A stretch of 60,606 bases of DNA, filler included, from 4 parts of 4 records of this genome joined end to end with filler, not necessarily neighbours in it; one strand, 5' to 3'. Positions 18,116 to 29,289 are shown, counted from the first letter of the whole stretch. The notes: generated from the letters alone by a model not told the origin. Made by a program: numbers and translations.

Positions 18116-21100
18116 ATGAGGGGACGCAGCATTCTTTTTATACGGGCTGCATTTTGGGGAACCGTATTATGCGTATTGCTAGCAATATCATTATTGCTGA
18201 CGAAAACTGCCAGAGCTGGAGATGTTACTGTTAACGGTGATATTACTGCCGCAGCCATAAATGCTGCCCGTGGGGGAGCAACTGTCAATGATGTCATCAC
18301 CTTTGCAGCACAGTCAGCGGTTACTATGAATGCCGCTGTTGATCTCTCTGGAGCAAATGGCGGAATCAAAATTGACGGTAGCAGGCAGGTTACAATTCTA
18401 GATGGAGCTACCGGCAGTATATATGCCCGAAATGTGATCATGGATAACGGTGCCTGTTTTGTAAACAATGATAGCTCAGGCTCACTGTCTACATTTGTTG
18501 ATATTTCCCTTGGTACCAACTCGGTAATGTACAACAATGCCGCCCTCTCACAGAGTCTTAACAAATTAACGGTTAACGGTGACGGATCAACTTTATCCGG
18601 TACAGCAGCAATGACTTTTGCAAGTCAGGCCGCGATTAATGGTAATTTCTTGCTTACTGGTGCTGGAGTAAAGACGTTCAATAGTGGAGTTAATGTTGCT
18701 GCCGGAAAAACTATGACCGTGGGAAGCACTGGGCATGTTTTTGGAGGTACAACTGATGTTTATGGAACAATTCAGAGTTCGGCAGATTCCATTGATGCCA
18801 TAAATACGGGAGAAGTCAGTTCTGTAAACATCCATAGTACCGGTAAAATATATACTACAGGAGCAGGCTCTTGGGGCGTTGATTTGTTGAAGGATTCTGA
18901 TTTGAATGTTTCCGGTCAAATCATTACCGAGGGAAGTTCGGCGCATGGGGTATTTGGGCAGGATGATGATGTTGCTAAAAATATTATCATTAAAAACGGT
19001 GGCTCAATTAGAACGGGTAAAAGCGGAGATTCCTCTGCTGGATCAACTGCCCATGGTATTGCTGTTAAAAATAACAATGTTATCACCGTAGAAGCCGGTG
19101 GTTCCGTTACAACTTACGGATCTTCAGCCCGAGGTATTGTTGCCGGCGACGGCAACACAATCAACATTGCAGGAACTGTTTCAACCTCAGGTACAACAGC
19201 CTATGCCGTTAATGTTGGTTCCAATAACGATATTGATGTCAGCGGAACAATTACAACAACAAACAGCAACGCCGACGGAATCAGAGTTTCCGGAATCGGC
19301 GGTTCGGTTACGCTTTCAGGCAGGATACAAACCAGCGATGCCCATGCCATCGATGGTAACAGTGGAACAGCCATAACTGTTGCCTCTGGCGGTGAAATCA
19401 TAACAGGCGGAACTGCAAAACACGGCATCTACTTTACCGGTAACAACAATATCAATCACTCAGGATCAATAAGTACAAGCGGGGCAACTTCTTACGGAAT
19501 GTATCTAGTAGGGGATGGCAATACCGTAACTATCAAAAATGGTGCTTCAATTAGCACCAGCGGAGGCGGGGGCGCCCATGCCATCCGGCTTGATGGAGCA
19601 AGTAACACAATTAATATTGAAAGCGGCAGCTCCATTACAGCAACCGGCGGGGGATACGGTATCCTTGCTAATGCCGGCAGTAATACGATTAATATTTCAG
19701 GGCTGGTAAAAACTACTTCTGCTGCGACTAATCCCATCAGAACAGTGGGGACAGCCAATATTACCGTAACGGGTACAGGTCGGGTAGAAAGCACCATGAG
19801 CGGTTCGCATGGTATTGAGACCAGTGGAGACGGTAGCAACATTACGATTCAATCCGGCGGAGTTCTCAGAACTGCTGGAGATGGTGCGCACGGACTAATA
19901 ACTTCGTCCGATAGTGTTACTAGCGTCAGCGGTAATATTTCTACAACCGGTACAACTGCATACGGTACATACCTCACAGCGGATAACAACAGGCTTACTG
20001 TAGAAAACGGTGGCTTGATTAAAACCACCAACTCCAACGCTCACGGTATACTTGCGGCAGGAACTGGCAACATCATTACAATCAACGAAGGTGGGGCCGT
20101 TCTTACGGGAAGTCACGGAATATGCACCGTCACAACAAATCCTTCAGATGTAGGTAACAGTCAGGTTTCCGTTGCCGGGTCGGTTACAACAACAGGTGGC
20201 GGACTTGGGGTCTATCTGAGCGGGCAAAGTAACACAGCTACAATTGCGTCTACCGGGACAGTGAGCACAACAGGTGCAAATGCCATAGGACTATATTTCA
20301 GAGATGGTGGCGGAACGGGGCTAATCTCCGGTTCTATTACGGCTAACGGGATCGACGCGCATGGTGTTTATGGCGGGGGGACTGGTAACTCCATTACCGT
20401 GAAGAACGGCGGTTCTGTTAAAACAACTGCTAATGATTCTTATGGCATCCGGGTGCTGGGAACAACGACTAATGCGAATACTATAGGAATAGTAGGCGGA
20501 ACAGCAGACAACACCATTGTTGTTGAAGCTGGTGGTTCTGTTGCCACAGAAGGCTCCAGCATGAATACAGATCAAGCCACAGCTATCAGAGTCGACAGCA
20601 ATGCAGCCATAACTATCGCTGGCGCAGTTACCACAAAAGGTTCTGCCCAGAGTTCCACATACGGTGCTTTCGGAATCAACTCCGGGTATAACAACAAATA
20701 TACACTTACCAGCTCAGGTTCAATTACAACTGAGGGTGATCACTCTGATGGTATAACTGCTTCCGGCAATGGGCTATTTGATATTGCAGGTTCAATTACC
20801 ACCAGCGGAGGAGATGCCCATGGTGTAAGTTCCGGGACAAAGAACACCGTAACTTTGAGAACTGGCGGCTCAATTACCACCAGCGGGGCCGTTTCGGATG
20901 CCTTGAGGTTGGGGGGGACCAACACTGTTACCGTTGCAAAAGGGGCAAGTCTTACAGCTTCGGGTAGAGGTTCTCGGCCATTCTATTTGGGAGCAACCGG
21001 TAACACTGTGACTCTTGAAGGGGACGGCACTACTGGCGCGACCATTGCTTCTAATCATGTTGATGACAATACTAATGAGGATGCCCATGCCATTAACCTG

Positions 21101-24100
21101 ACCGGAGCAGGAACTTCTGCCAACAGCGCAGGACTGGTCGGCGGTGGACCTCTCGCAGGAGGGGCCTCAAATATTTTGACCGTGCAGAACGGGGCCTCAA
21201 TTACCAGTAGGGGGCAGAGATCCTACGGGATACTGTCTACGGGCAGTAACTCCAAGATTACCCTCGACGGGGAAATCCATACTTATGGTGATACCGGCAT
21301 CGGGATCATGTTTAACAACAACAATGATATCACCGTCGGGACCACTGGTAAGATCACCACCGAAGGTTTCGGGGCGGTAGCTATCTACGCCCATGATCCA
21401 TACAACCTTATCCGTATGGATGGGGCCATTTTGACCAAGGGGGCCGGATCATTAGGTATTAATACCGTGGATACCGTTGATAACCGGGGGAGAAACACCA
21501 GCATCACCGTGGGCGGAAGTATTACCACTCAGGGAACTGATGCCCATGCCGTCAATCTTGGTGCCATCGACAACATCCTGACCCTTTCCAATGGTGGTTC
21601 GCTCACCACAACCGGGATCAATGCTCAGGGTGTTTATGCTTCAAAGAACGGAAATAATATTACTGTAGAAAACGGGGCAACAATTACTACTTCCGGATCT
21701 ACGGCTAATGGTCTCCGTGTTGACGGCACAGGCAATACCATAACAATGAACGGGGCCATCACCACCAACGGACCAAGCGCTCGCGGTATTATCCTGAACA
21801 ACACTGGAAATACAGTTACTGCTGCCGGATCAATCACTACCAATGGCGGTTCTTCAGCCCATGGTATTCATACCGGATTCGATAGTACCGATATTACTCT
21901 TTCAGGAAGTATCACAACCAACGAAGTCGGTTCTCATGGTATTCTCGCTGATTCATCCAACAACGTAGTCCGGGTTCAGAGTGGTGCGCAAATCATCACC
22001 CAAAAGAATAATTCATATGGAGTCTCGATTACTGGAACCGGGAACAGCTATTACGCCGGAGGAACAATTACTACTTCGGGTGTGAGTTCTCATGGTATTT
22101 CCCTGATTGATCAGAGCACCATGGATTTTTCAGGTGCGGTAAATACTTCCGGCTCCGGTTCGCACGGAATATTCACCGATGACCAGAACGGTATGGCGGT
22201 GTTCGGAACAGTTTCCACCACCGGGACCGGGTCCCACGGGATTTTTCTTCAGGGAGATAAAAACGCGGCCCACATTTCCAATTCAATTTCCGCCACTGGC
22301 TCCAGTTCGTATGCTCTCGCATCTGGTAAACTTTCAGCCGGAACAGGCGAGAGTAACGTTTTCCATATTCTAAACGGTGCATCCATTACCGGAAATCTCA
22401 ACAATCTGGATGCGGATAATGACGCAACTTCATATCTGACCTTCGGTTACGTCAAGAATGCTAATAAACTTGCTGACCTTACTGCGGTGGATAATTCTTT
22501 CAATCTCACATTGAATGGCGATATTGAGTCCGCTTCCACGGGCCGTTGGGATACCTATTTTGCAGGCGGAACTACCACTCTTGCCGGGACCAGTAACTTG
22601 CGCAATATGTTTATCGGAGCGGCAAGCTTTGACGGCGCAGCAGTTCCGAACGGCTCAGGCGGGACAGTAAATCTGAACTCTATCGGCGGAGCCATAGCAA
22701 CAGTCAATGTATCCAGTAATCTGAATAACTACGGAACCCTAAATGTAGGCAGCGGCAGCACCTATAATATCACCGGAACCCACAATCAGTATAACGGGGG
22801 AGCGGTAAATATCGCCGGGACTACAAATATCACCGGGGCGGGGAGGTTGAATCTTAATACTTCAACTGTAGGTCTTTCCGGTACAATCAACACCACAAGT
22901 TCTGCGGCCTTGATTATTCCTACTTTGGATTTAACCGCAGACTCCACCATTGCCGGGTCCGGTAGTGTTTCAGTCAACAACGCGCTCACTTTAGATCACA
23001 ATCTGACCCTTTCCGGGACTCAGGCCGTCAATCTCGGTACAGTTGATGTTACTGAAGACAAATCCATAATCGATAGCAATGATACCGGATTGACCGGAAT
23101 CAGTGCGTTTAATGTGAGCAATGGGAAAACAGGGACGCTTGATGGTGCAGGACGGATCTCGGTGAATAATGCCGATGTGGACGGCTCATTAGTCTTTTCA
23201 GGTAGCGGCACAAAGATGATTTACGGCACGGCAACCCTTTCCGGTACAATCACCAATAATGCCGGAGCAGCCACCATCAGCACCATTGATCTTGACGGAG
23301 ATTCTACTCTCGGCGGTTCCGGGAATATATCAGTAAACAATGCACTTACCTTGGATAATAATCTTGCTTTGGCCGGAACAAATGCAGTTTCTTTGACTAC
23401 CGTCAATATCACCGAGTCAAAGAATCTTACCGATAGTGACAATACCGGGCTGACTACCATTAATACCTTGAATCTGAGTGCTGCCAAAATCTCAACCATC
23501 GGTGGAGTCGGGGCCGTGACCATGACTAACGTGGACATCGACACCGGAGGTTCTTTGACCCTGAGTGGAGGAGCAAAGACCATCACCAACCTGACTATTG
23601 CCGGAACACTGACCAACAACGCAGCGGCAATGACCATTACCACCCTTGACTTGGACGGTAATTCGGTTCTCTCCGGGAACCAGCGGATTACGGTGAGCAA
23701 TCAGGTGGTGCTGGACCACGATTTAACTCTGAGCAACAGCGGCGGGGTACTTTTTTCCAACGGGCTTGATACTTCCGCAGGGGGCACACTTGTTAACAAC
23801 ACAGTGATTACCTCTGACGGCGTGGTCTTGATTGCTGACGGTGATACCTATGTCATCACCGGGGAACATAATTTTGCGGGAGGATCTTTTACTTCCAGTC
23901 CCACAACCGGAACCCTCAAACTTGATGGAGCCAATGCTGGCGGCGGTATTTTTAACACAACCAATACCTCTTCAGTCAATATTGCCAAATTGCAAATTGA
24001 CGGCGCAAAGTTCGGTACTATCTCAGGAACCACTGCAGCCAATATTACTAACGGAATGACCGTAGCCGGAACATTGGTCAATTCCAACACCGCAGGCATT

Positions 24101-27100
24101 AATTCCAGCGGATCGACCAACATATCCGGGATTTACACCATCAATACAAAACATACCCATAGTGGGAGCGGTGATTTCACTTCCACCGGAATCATCAACC
24201 TTGGTGGAGCTCTCGACATCGACGGGACCGGAACCAACAATATAGCGACTCTCGATCTTACTGACGACTCCACTCTTGATGGGGACGGCAATATCAGCGT
24301 GACAAATGCGTTGACACTTGATCATAACCTGACTCTGGCCGGAAACGGCGATACCATTCTAGGTTCAGTAGCTATCAATGCGGGGAAGGCTCTGATCAAC
24401 AATTCGGGCGGCGGCACCCAGACCATTGCAATTCTTGATGTGGCCGGAGATGATGCTGAACTTGGCGGGTCCGGGAATACTGCTGTTACCAATGCAGTAG
24501 ATATCGATAACAATTTTAAGCTTTCCGGCAGCGGGACTAAAAGTTTCGGAACCGTAAATCTTAATACCGCAGGTAAGAGTATTACCGACAGCGGTAGCGG
24601 TGCAACCAGCATCAACACTCTTAATGTTACCGCCAATGCTGCCCTGAATGACACTGACGCGACCGCAGCAACTTCCATAACCACTGCAAGCGTAAGTGCT
24701 GGCAACACCATGACCCTCGGCGGTTCCGGAAGCTTCAACTTCGCCACTCTGAACATGTCCGGCGGGCTGACCAATAATGCTGCGGCTACAATTACAACTT
24801 TCAATCAACTGGCTGATCTGACCATTGACGGATCAGGGACCACCACCATCGTCAACAGCCAGACAATCAATGCCAACACCCTGACTCTGAGCGGAACCGG
24901 AAACACCGTTTTTCAGGGCGGACTGACCATCGCTGACGGTAAAAAGTTGACAAACAATGCTAATGCAGAACTGGCTATCTTGACCGTTGCCAATGGGCAT
25001 ACCGCAACCATTGAAGGGACCGGGGTAACTTCAATCACCAGCCTCGGCAATATTGATAGTGGAGCAACTTTCGTTAATATCGGGAAGATTTCCACTGCGC
25101 ATACCGGCACTCTCGCGGCTGCTTACCAGCTTAACGGACTGCATACTCAGACAGCCGGAACCCTGACCGTGAACAACCTTGATGTGACCGGCAACAGCGC
25201 GGAAATCGGCGGTGACGGAACAGTAATTATTGCCGGACCGTTAACCGTGGATAACACCCTGACGCTTTCCGGCAGCGGGACAAGGAATTTCTCCGGAGCG
25301 GTGACTCTCGCTGATGGGCAGAAGATTACCGCCAATGGTGCTGGAGCCAATAATATCAGCTCCCTTGACGTAGCCGGTGGAGCTGGCGGTTCAGCTACAA
25401 TTGACGGTACTGGAACTATCACTCTGGGCAGTGCTACCAATATTGCCGGGACTCTAACTAACAATGGTAAGATCTCTACTGCTTACGATTTCAACGTTGC
25501 TACCTATAATCTTGGCGGTATTCATTATCAGACTGGCGGAACCTTTAATGTCACCACCCTTGATCTTACTTCTGATGATTCGCAGCTGATCAATAACGGA
25601 GAGACCGTTTTTTCAGGCAATACCAACATCATTAAGAACTTGGCTCTGGGCGGAAGCGGTATCAAAAGTTTTGAGGGTGATGTGGCTGTGGCAGCAGGAA
25701 AACATCTGACCCTTGACGGGGAAGGAGCGAAAACAATTGCCGGATTGGTCGGGCTTGCAGATGGTTCCAGCATCATAAGTAACGGTAGCGGGACTACCAC
25801 TGTAAATGCCGTAACCGTGGCTCCGGGTGCAACCGGGGCTATTGAAGGTAACGGAAAGACAGTTGTTACCGGAGTGACCACTGCGGCAGCCGGAACAACT
25901 CTGGAGCTTAACGGCAGTGGGGAAAAGACCCTTGCCGATCTTGATCTGGGCGGAACCCTGAATAACAACAGTCCGGCCACCATTACCGATCTGGATTTGA
26001 CCGCAGCGGCTACCATCGGAGGGACAGGGACCACCACTGTGACCAACCAGCTTGAGCTGGATAATAACCTGACCCTGACTGGAAGCGGCGTGAAGAATCT
26101 TTCCGGTGGCGTGAACATGCTGGACGGTACCAGCCTGATCAACAGTGGAACCGGACAAACAAATTTGGCTTCATTGGATATCAACTCCGGTTCAGTGACT
26201 CTTGATGGAACAGGTCCAATTGTAGTTACTGGAACCAGTAATGTTGAGAGTGGGGAGACTCTGAATATAGCCGGTAGTGGAGATAAAACCCTTGCTGATG
26301 TTGATCTGGGCGGAGTCCTCGATATTGCTGCCGGGGCTACCGGAACCACAGCCCTTACTAATATTGATTTTGCAAACGGGGGGCTGCTCAACAATAATTC
26401 CGGCGGAACAGTGCAGGTCGGGACATTGGGGATTGCCAGCGGAATTACCGGGCTGATTCAGGGGACATCAACCACCAAAATTCAGAATGCGAATATTGCG
26501 GGAACGCTGACTAAGACTGGAACCGGAGATATAGATGTTACCGGGACTGGATTTAATGTAACCGGGGCCAGCGGTTATGTCGATATGACTGCAGCGAATT
26601 CCGGTAACCTGAATATCTCCGACGGTGCAACAATGACAGTGAGCAGCACCCATGACGCAGATGGACGAGGCGCACTCGATATTTCCGGCAACCTGAATGT
26701 GATCGGAACGCTGGCTGTAAACTCCGGTAGTGCAATAACAACTTCCGGGGAGCTTAATACTCAGGCTGACAGTACTTACAATCTTTCTGGTACGCACAAC
26801 CATGTTGGAACCGGAGATGTGAATGTTGCCGGAAAACTTGATCTGGCCGGAGGCGGTGCTTTCTTGAACAAGGCTACCGGTGGCACTCAGACCATTGCCG
26901 ACCTGAGTGTCAGCAGCGGAACCGGAACACTCGGCGGAAGCAAGGCGGTAAATGTCACTACTGCCAATATTGATGGTAATCTGGACTTTGCCGCTACAGC
27001 CGATACTACTTTTGCCACTACCAACCTGAGTGGAACATTGACTCAGTCCTCTGCAAGCAATTTGAACCTGACTACACTTAATATAGGCAGCGGAAAAACC

Positions 27101-28681
27101 GGTACACTTGCCGGGACAGGAACAGGGACTGTTACCGCAACTGATGCCTTCATAGCCAGCGGTGGAACATTCCAACTTCAGCGGGACATGACAATCATCA
27201 ACGCTTTGCAGAATAGCGGAACTCTGGCGCTGTCCAGCAGCGATTCAGTAACTCTTACCGGAGATTATACTCAGCTTTCAGGTGGTTTATTCAAGGTGGA
27301 TGTAACCAGTGCTACTGTTTATGGAAAACTCAGAGTGAAAGGTACAGCCGATCTTACTGCTGGAAATGGTCTTGAAGTAGTGGTTACTCCAAATGAATCG
27401 CTCAGGTGCGGGGATGTCCTGTCCGGTGTTTTGGTAGCAGATACACTTAATGCCGGAACCCTTGAAGTTACGGATAACAGTGCCTTGTGGAAGTTCACCG
27501 GAATTGTCAACGGCAATTCCATTGATCTCAAAACTGAGCGGGGTTTGAAAATCGATAGTGCTGTTGAATCCTGCCCCACAGTTTCCACTCCGGCTACAAT
27601 CGGTGCTGCGCATGCTCTTGAAGATATAATGCAAAGTGAAGCTTCCTCTGACATGGAAGAAGTTATTAGTCAGATGAGTTCTCTATCAACTGGTGACGAG
27701 GTGGCCGAGGCTGTCGCTCAGACAGTACCGATTATGACCGGAGCCATGGCCACTCTTGGAATTAATATGGCTGTGGAAGGTGCGACTCAAGTTGTGAATA
27801 CCCGGTTGCATGGTATGAGCGGGCTTTCTTCTGGTGATATGATTATTGAAAATCGTACCTTATGGGCTAAGCCTTTTTACTCCCATACAGAGCAGGAAAA
27901 ACGCAACCACGTTGATGGTTTCACCGCTTACAGTTATGGCCTTGCTATGGGGCTTGAGGCTGATTTTACTCCTAAAAACAGAGTCGGTGCGGCTCTTTCT
28001 TACGGGCGTGGTAATATTCGCGGTTACGACTCCACAACCAATCACAGGGTAGACAGTAATACATGGCAAGCTACAGCTTACGCAGAGAATGGCTTGCCGG
28101 AAAACTTTGACATTAACGTAATTGCGGCCGTTGGATTAAACAATAATGAGTCCTCTCGTAATATTCAGTTTGGTGGACTCCACCGTCAGGCTAAAGCAGA
28201 TTTTAACTCATGGCACCTTGTTTTTGATACAGAGTTGCTACGCAATTTTGCAGTGACAGACAGGCTGACCTTGGCTCCTATTCTTAAAACCCAGTTCGTT
28301 TACGTGAGTGTAGACAGCTATACGGAAACAGGAGCGGGGGATCTCAGCCTGAAAGTAGACAGCAGTGATGAGGATAGTTTTATTGTTTCCCTCGGGGCTA
28401 AAGCTAATTATGTAATCTCTGATGCTCATGAACTTAATTGTTTCGTTGACGTGGGGTATGATTTCCTTGCCGATCAGTCTTCAATTACTGCGGCATACAC
28501 GGGTGGAGGGCCTGCCTTTATCACTTACGGCAATACTCCGGAGAAAGTTGTTTATAACGGAGGCGTGGGGTACAAATTTACCATGGAATCCGGTCCTGAA
28601 TTCGCTGTGAACTATCAACTTGAAGCACGCGAATCATCCAAAAGTCATGTGGGAACCATGAGCTTCAGACTTCCTTTCTAG
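18116..28681 (+). CDS. Giant type Va autotransporter / adhesin (3521 aa)
   Basis: Signal peptide ending ARA. G/T/N/S-rich beta-helix repeats (GSITTxG..AHGI), autochaperone-like GDYTQ...YGKL segment, C-terminal beta-barrel (LWAKPF..., SYTETGAG) ending in F. RBS GAGAGGGG. Confidence 0.92.
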   Translation: MRGRSILFIRAAFWGTVLCVLLAISLLLTKTARAGDVTVNGDITAAAINAARGGATVNDVITFAAQSAVTMNAAVDLSGANGGIKIDGSRQVTILDGATGSIYARNVIMDNGACFVNNDSSGSLSTFVDISLGTNSVMYNNAALSQSLNKLTVNGDGSTLSGTAAMTFASQAAINGNFLLTGAGVKTFNSGVNVAAGKTMTVGSTGHVFGGTTDVYGTIQSSADSIDAINTGEVSSVNIHSTGKIYTTGAGSWGVDLLKDSDLNVSGQIITEGSSAHGVFGQDDDVAKNIIIKNGGSIRTGKSGDSSAGSTAHGIAVKNNNVITVEAGGSVTTYGSSARGIVAGDGNTINIAGTVSTSGTTAYAVNVGSNNDIDVSGTITTTNSNADGIRVSGIGGSVTLSGRIQTSDAHAIDGNSGTAITVASGGEIITGGTAKHGIYFTGNNNINHSGSISTSGATSYGMYLVGDGNTVTIKNGASISTSGGGGAHAIRLDGASNTINIESGSSITATGGGYGILANAGSNTINISGLVKTTSAATNPIRTVGTANITVTGTGRVESTMSGSHGIETSGDGSNITIQSGGVLRTAGDGAHGLITSSDSVTSVSGNISTTGTTAYGTYLTADNNRLTVENGGLIKTTNSNAHGILAAGTGNIITINEGGAVLTGSHGICTVTTNPSDVGNSQVSVAGSVTTTGGGLGVYLSGQSNTATIASTGTVSTTGANAIGLYFRDGGGTGLISGSITANGIDAHGVYGGGTGNSITVKNGGSVKTTANDSYGIRVLGTTTNANTIGIVGGTADNTIVVEAGGSVATEGSSMNTDQATAIRVDSNAAITIAGAVTTKGSAQSSTYGAFGINSGYNNKYTLTSSGSITTEGDHSDGITASGNGLFDIAGSITTSGGDAHGVSSGTKNTVTLRTGGSITTSGAVSDALRLGGTNTVTVAKGASLTASGRGSRPFYLGATGNTVTLEGDGTTGATIASNHVDDNTNEDAHAINLTGAGTSANSAGLVGGGPLAGGASNILTVQNGASITSRGQRSYGILSTGSNSKITLDGEIHTYGDTGIGIMFNNNNDITVGTTGKITTEGFGAVAIYAHDPYNLIRMDGAILTKGAGSLGINTVDTVDNRGRNTSITVGGSITTQGTDAHAVNLGAIDNILTLSNGGSLTTTGINAQGVYASKNGNNITVENGATITTSGSTANGLRVDGTGNTITMNGAITTNGPSARGIILNNTGNTVTAAGSITTNGGSSAHGIHTGFDSTDITLSGSITTNEVGSHGILADSSNNVVRVQSGAQIITQKNNSYGVSITGTGNSYYAGGTITTSGVSSHGISLIDQSTMDFSGAVNTSGSGSHGIFTDDQNGMAVFGTVSTTGTGSHGIFLQGDKNAAHISNSISATGSSSYALASGKLSAGTGESNVFHILNGASITGNLNNLDADNDATSYLTFGYVKNANKLADLTAVDNSFNLTLNGDIESASTGRWDTYFAGGTTTLAGTSNLRNMFIGAASFDGAAVPNGSGGTVNLNSIGGAIATVNVSSNLNNYGTLNVGSGSTYNITGTHNQYNGGAVNIAGTTNITGAGRLNLNTSTVGLSGTINTTSSAALIIPTLDLTADSTIAGSGSVSVNNALTLDHNLTLSGTQAVNLGTVDVTEDKSIIDSNDTGLTGISAFNVSNGKTGTLDGAGRISVNNADVDGSLVFSGSGTKMIYGTATLSGTITNNAGAATISTIDLDGDSTLGGSGNISVNNALTLDNNLALAGTNAVSLTTVNITESKNLTDSDNTGLTTINTLNLSAAKISTIGGVGAVTMTNVDIDTGGSLTLSGGAKTITNLTIAGTLTNNAAAMTITTLDLDGNSVLSGNQRITVSNQVVLDHDLTLSNSGGVLFSNGLDTSAGGTLVNNTVITSDGVVLIADGDTYVITGEHNFAGGSFTSSPTTGTLKLDGANAGGGIFNTTNTSSVNIAKLQIDGAKFGTISGTTAANITNGMTVAGTLVNSNTAGINSSGSTNISGIYTINTKHTHSGSGDFTSTGIINLGGALDIDGTGTNNIATLDLTDDSTLDGDGNISVTNALTLDHNLTLAGNGDTILGSVAINAGKALINNSGGGTQTIAILDVAGDDAELGGSGNTAVTNAVDIDNNFKLSGSGTKSFGTVNLNTAGKSITDSGSGATSINTLNVTANAALNDTDATAATSITTASVSAGNTMTLGGSGSFNFATLNMSGGLTNNAAATITTFNQLADLTIDGSGTTTIVNSQTINANTLTLSGTGNTVFQGGLTIADGKKLTNNANAELAILTVANGHTATIEGTGVTSITSLGNIDSGATFVNIGKISTAHTGTLAAAYQLNGLHTQTAGTLTVNNLDVTGNSAEIGGDGTVIIAGPLTVDNTLTLSGSGTRNFSGAVTLADGQKITANGAGANNISSLDVAGGAGGSATIDGTGTITLGSATNIAGTLTNNGKISTAYDFNVATYNLGGIHYQTGGTFNVTTLDLTSDDSQLINNGETVFSGNTNIIKNLALGGSGIKSFEGDVAVAAGKHLTLDGEGAKTIAGLVGLADGSSIISNGSGTTTVNAVTVAPGATGAIEGNGKTVVTGVTTAAAGTTLELNGSGEKTLADLDLGGTLNNNSPATITDLDLTAAATIGGTGTTTVTNQLELDNNLTLTGSGVKNLSGGVNMLDGTSLINSGTGQTNLASLDINSGSVTLDGTGPIVVTGTSNVESGETLNIAGSGDKTLADVDLGGVLDIAAGATGTTALTNIDFANGGLLNNNSGGTVQVGTLGIASGITGLIQGTSTTKIQNANIAGTLTKTGTGDIDVTGTGFNVTGASGYVDMTAANSGNLNISDGATMTVSSTHDADGRGALDISGNLNVIGTLAVNSGSAITTSGELNTQADSTYNLSGTHNHVGTGDVNVAGKLDLAGGGAFLNKATGGTQTIADLSVSSGTGTLGGSKAVNVTTANIDGNLDFAATADTTFATTNLSGTLTQSSASNLNLTTLNIGSGKTGTLAGTGTGTVTATDAFIASGGTFQLQRDMTIINALQNSGTLALSSSDSVTLTGDYTQLSGGLFKVDVTSATVYGKLRVKGTADLTAGNGLEVVVTPNESLRCGDVLSGVLVADTLNAGTLEVTDNSALWKFTGIVNGNSIDLKTERGLKIDSAVESCPTVSTPATIGAAHALEDIMQSEASSDMEEVISQMSSLSTGDEVAEAVAQTVPIMTGAMATLGINMAVEGATQVVNTRLHGMSGLSSGDMIIENRTLWAKPFYSHTEQEKRNHVDGFTAYSYGLAMGLEADFTPKNRVGAALSYGRGNIRGYDSTTNHRVDSNTWQATAYAENGLPENFDINVIAAVGLNNNESSRNIQFGGLHRQAKADFNSWHLVFDTELLRNFAVTDRLTLAPILKTQFVYVSVDSYTETGAGDLSLKVDSSDEDSFIVSLGAKANYVISDAHELNCFVDVGYDFLADQSSITAAYTGGGPAFITYGNTPEKVVYNGGVGYKFTMESGPEFAVNYQLEARESSKSHVGTMSFRLPF

Positions 28682-28747
28682 GTGGTCGTTGTTGCATGAA
28701 AATGTTAACCAAATTAAATTTCTAAAGATATAAGGGAAGGCTGTATT

Positions 28748-29191
28748 ATGAGTGTTAGTAAAAAGGTGAGTGTCCTTGGGGTGTTGTCTTTTTTGGTCCT
28801 GTTTTGCTTGCCGGCGAATGCTGAAGTCAAGGGCAATGTCGATAATGGACAAAAACAACTCTTGAAAATGAGCACCCTGAGTTCAGTTGAAGCCAATCAG
28901 GAATTTCAGCGTAATGTGCAGATTATGCAGTTGCAGCGGCAGAGAGTTATTCAGCTGCAAAATCAGTTGGAGCAGGCTCAGACTAAAGAACTGAAGAAAA
29001 GCCTCAAGAAAGAGCTGAGAGCTGCAACCAAGAAATTGAATGAAAATAATGAACTGATGGTCAACACTTATGGATTTTCTTTGAATAGAAATTATGTACT
29101 TGTAGTGGAAAAGGCGCACATTTATTTGGAATTGTCTCCGGAAGAGGCAAAGAATATGGAAAAAGAAAAAAAGAAGGCAAAGAATAAGTAG
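28748..29191 (+). CDS. Hypothetical secreted protein with a Q/K/E-rich coiled coil
   Basis: Signal peptide (..CLPANA), RBS AAGGGAAGG, directly downstream of the autotransporter. Confidence 0.75.
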   Translation: MSVSKKVSVLGVLSFLVLFCLPANAEVKGNVDNGQKQLLKMSTLSSVEANQEFQRNVQIMQLQRQRVIQLQNQLEQAQTKELKKSLKKELRAATKKLNENNELMVNTYGFSLNRNYVLVVEKAHIYLELSPEEAKNMEKEKKKAKNK

Positions 29192-29289
29192 TTATTTGGG
29201 TTTGTTAGCTCAGAAGACCGTCGGTTGAATTCCGATTGCTGGATCCAGTAAAAATAAAGTGTAAGAGTTCCGACTTGATCTGACATTTC

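Noticed and set aside
18800-27200. Autotransporter repeats as a CRISPR array or DGR template/variable repeat
   Set aside because: The repeats are protein-level and diverged at synonymous sites. There are no identical DNA repeats with spacers, and no cas or reverse transcriptase gene in the window.
18593-27654. Many antisense ORFs (e.g. 25528-26394, 26468-27175) inside the autotransporter
   Set aside because: They are V/P/L-rich shadows of the Thr/Gly/Asn codon bias on the coding strand, with no RBS or motifs.
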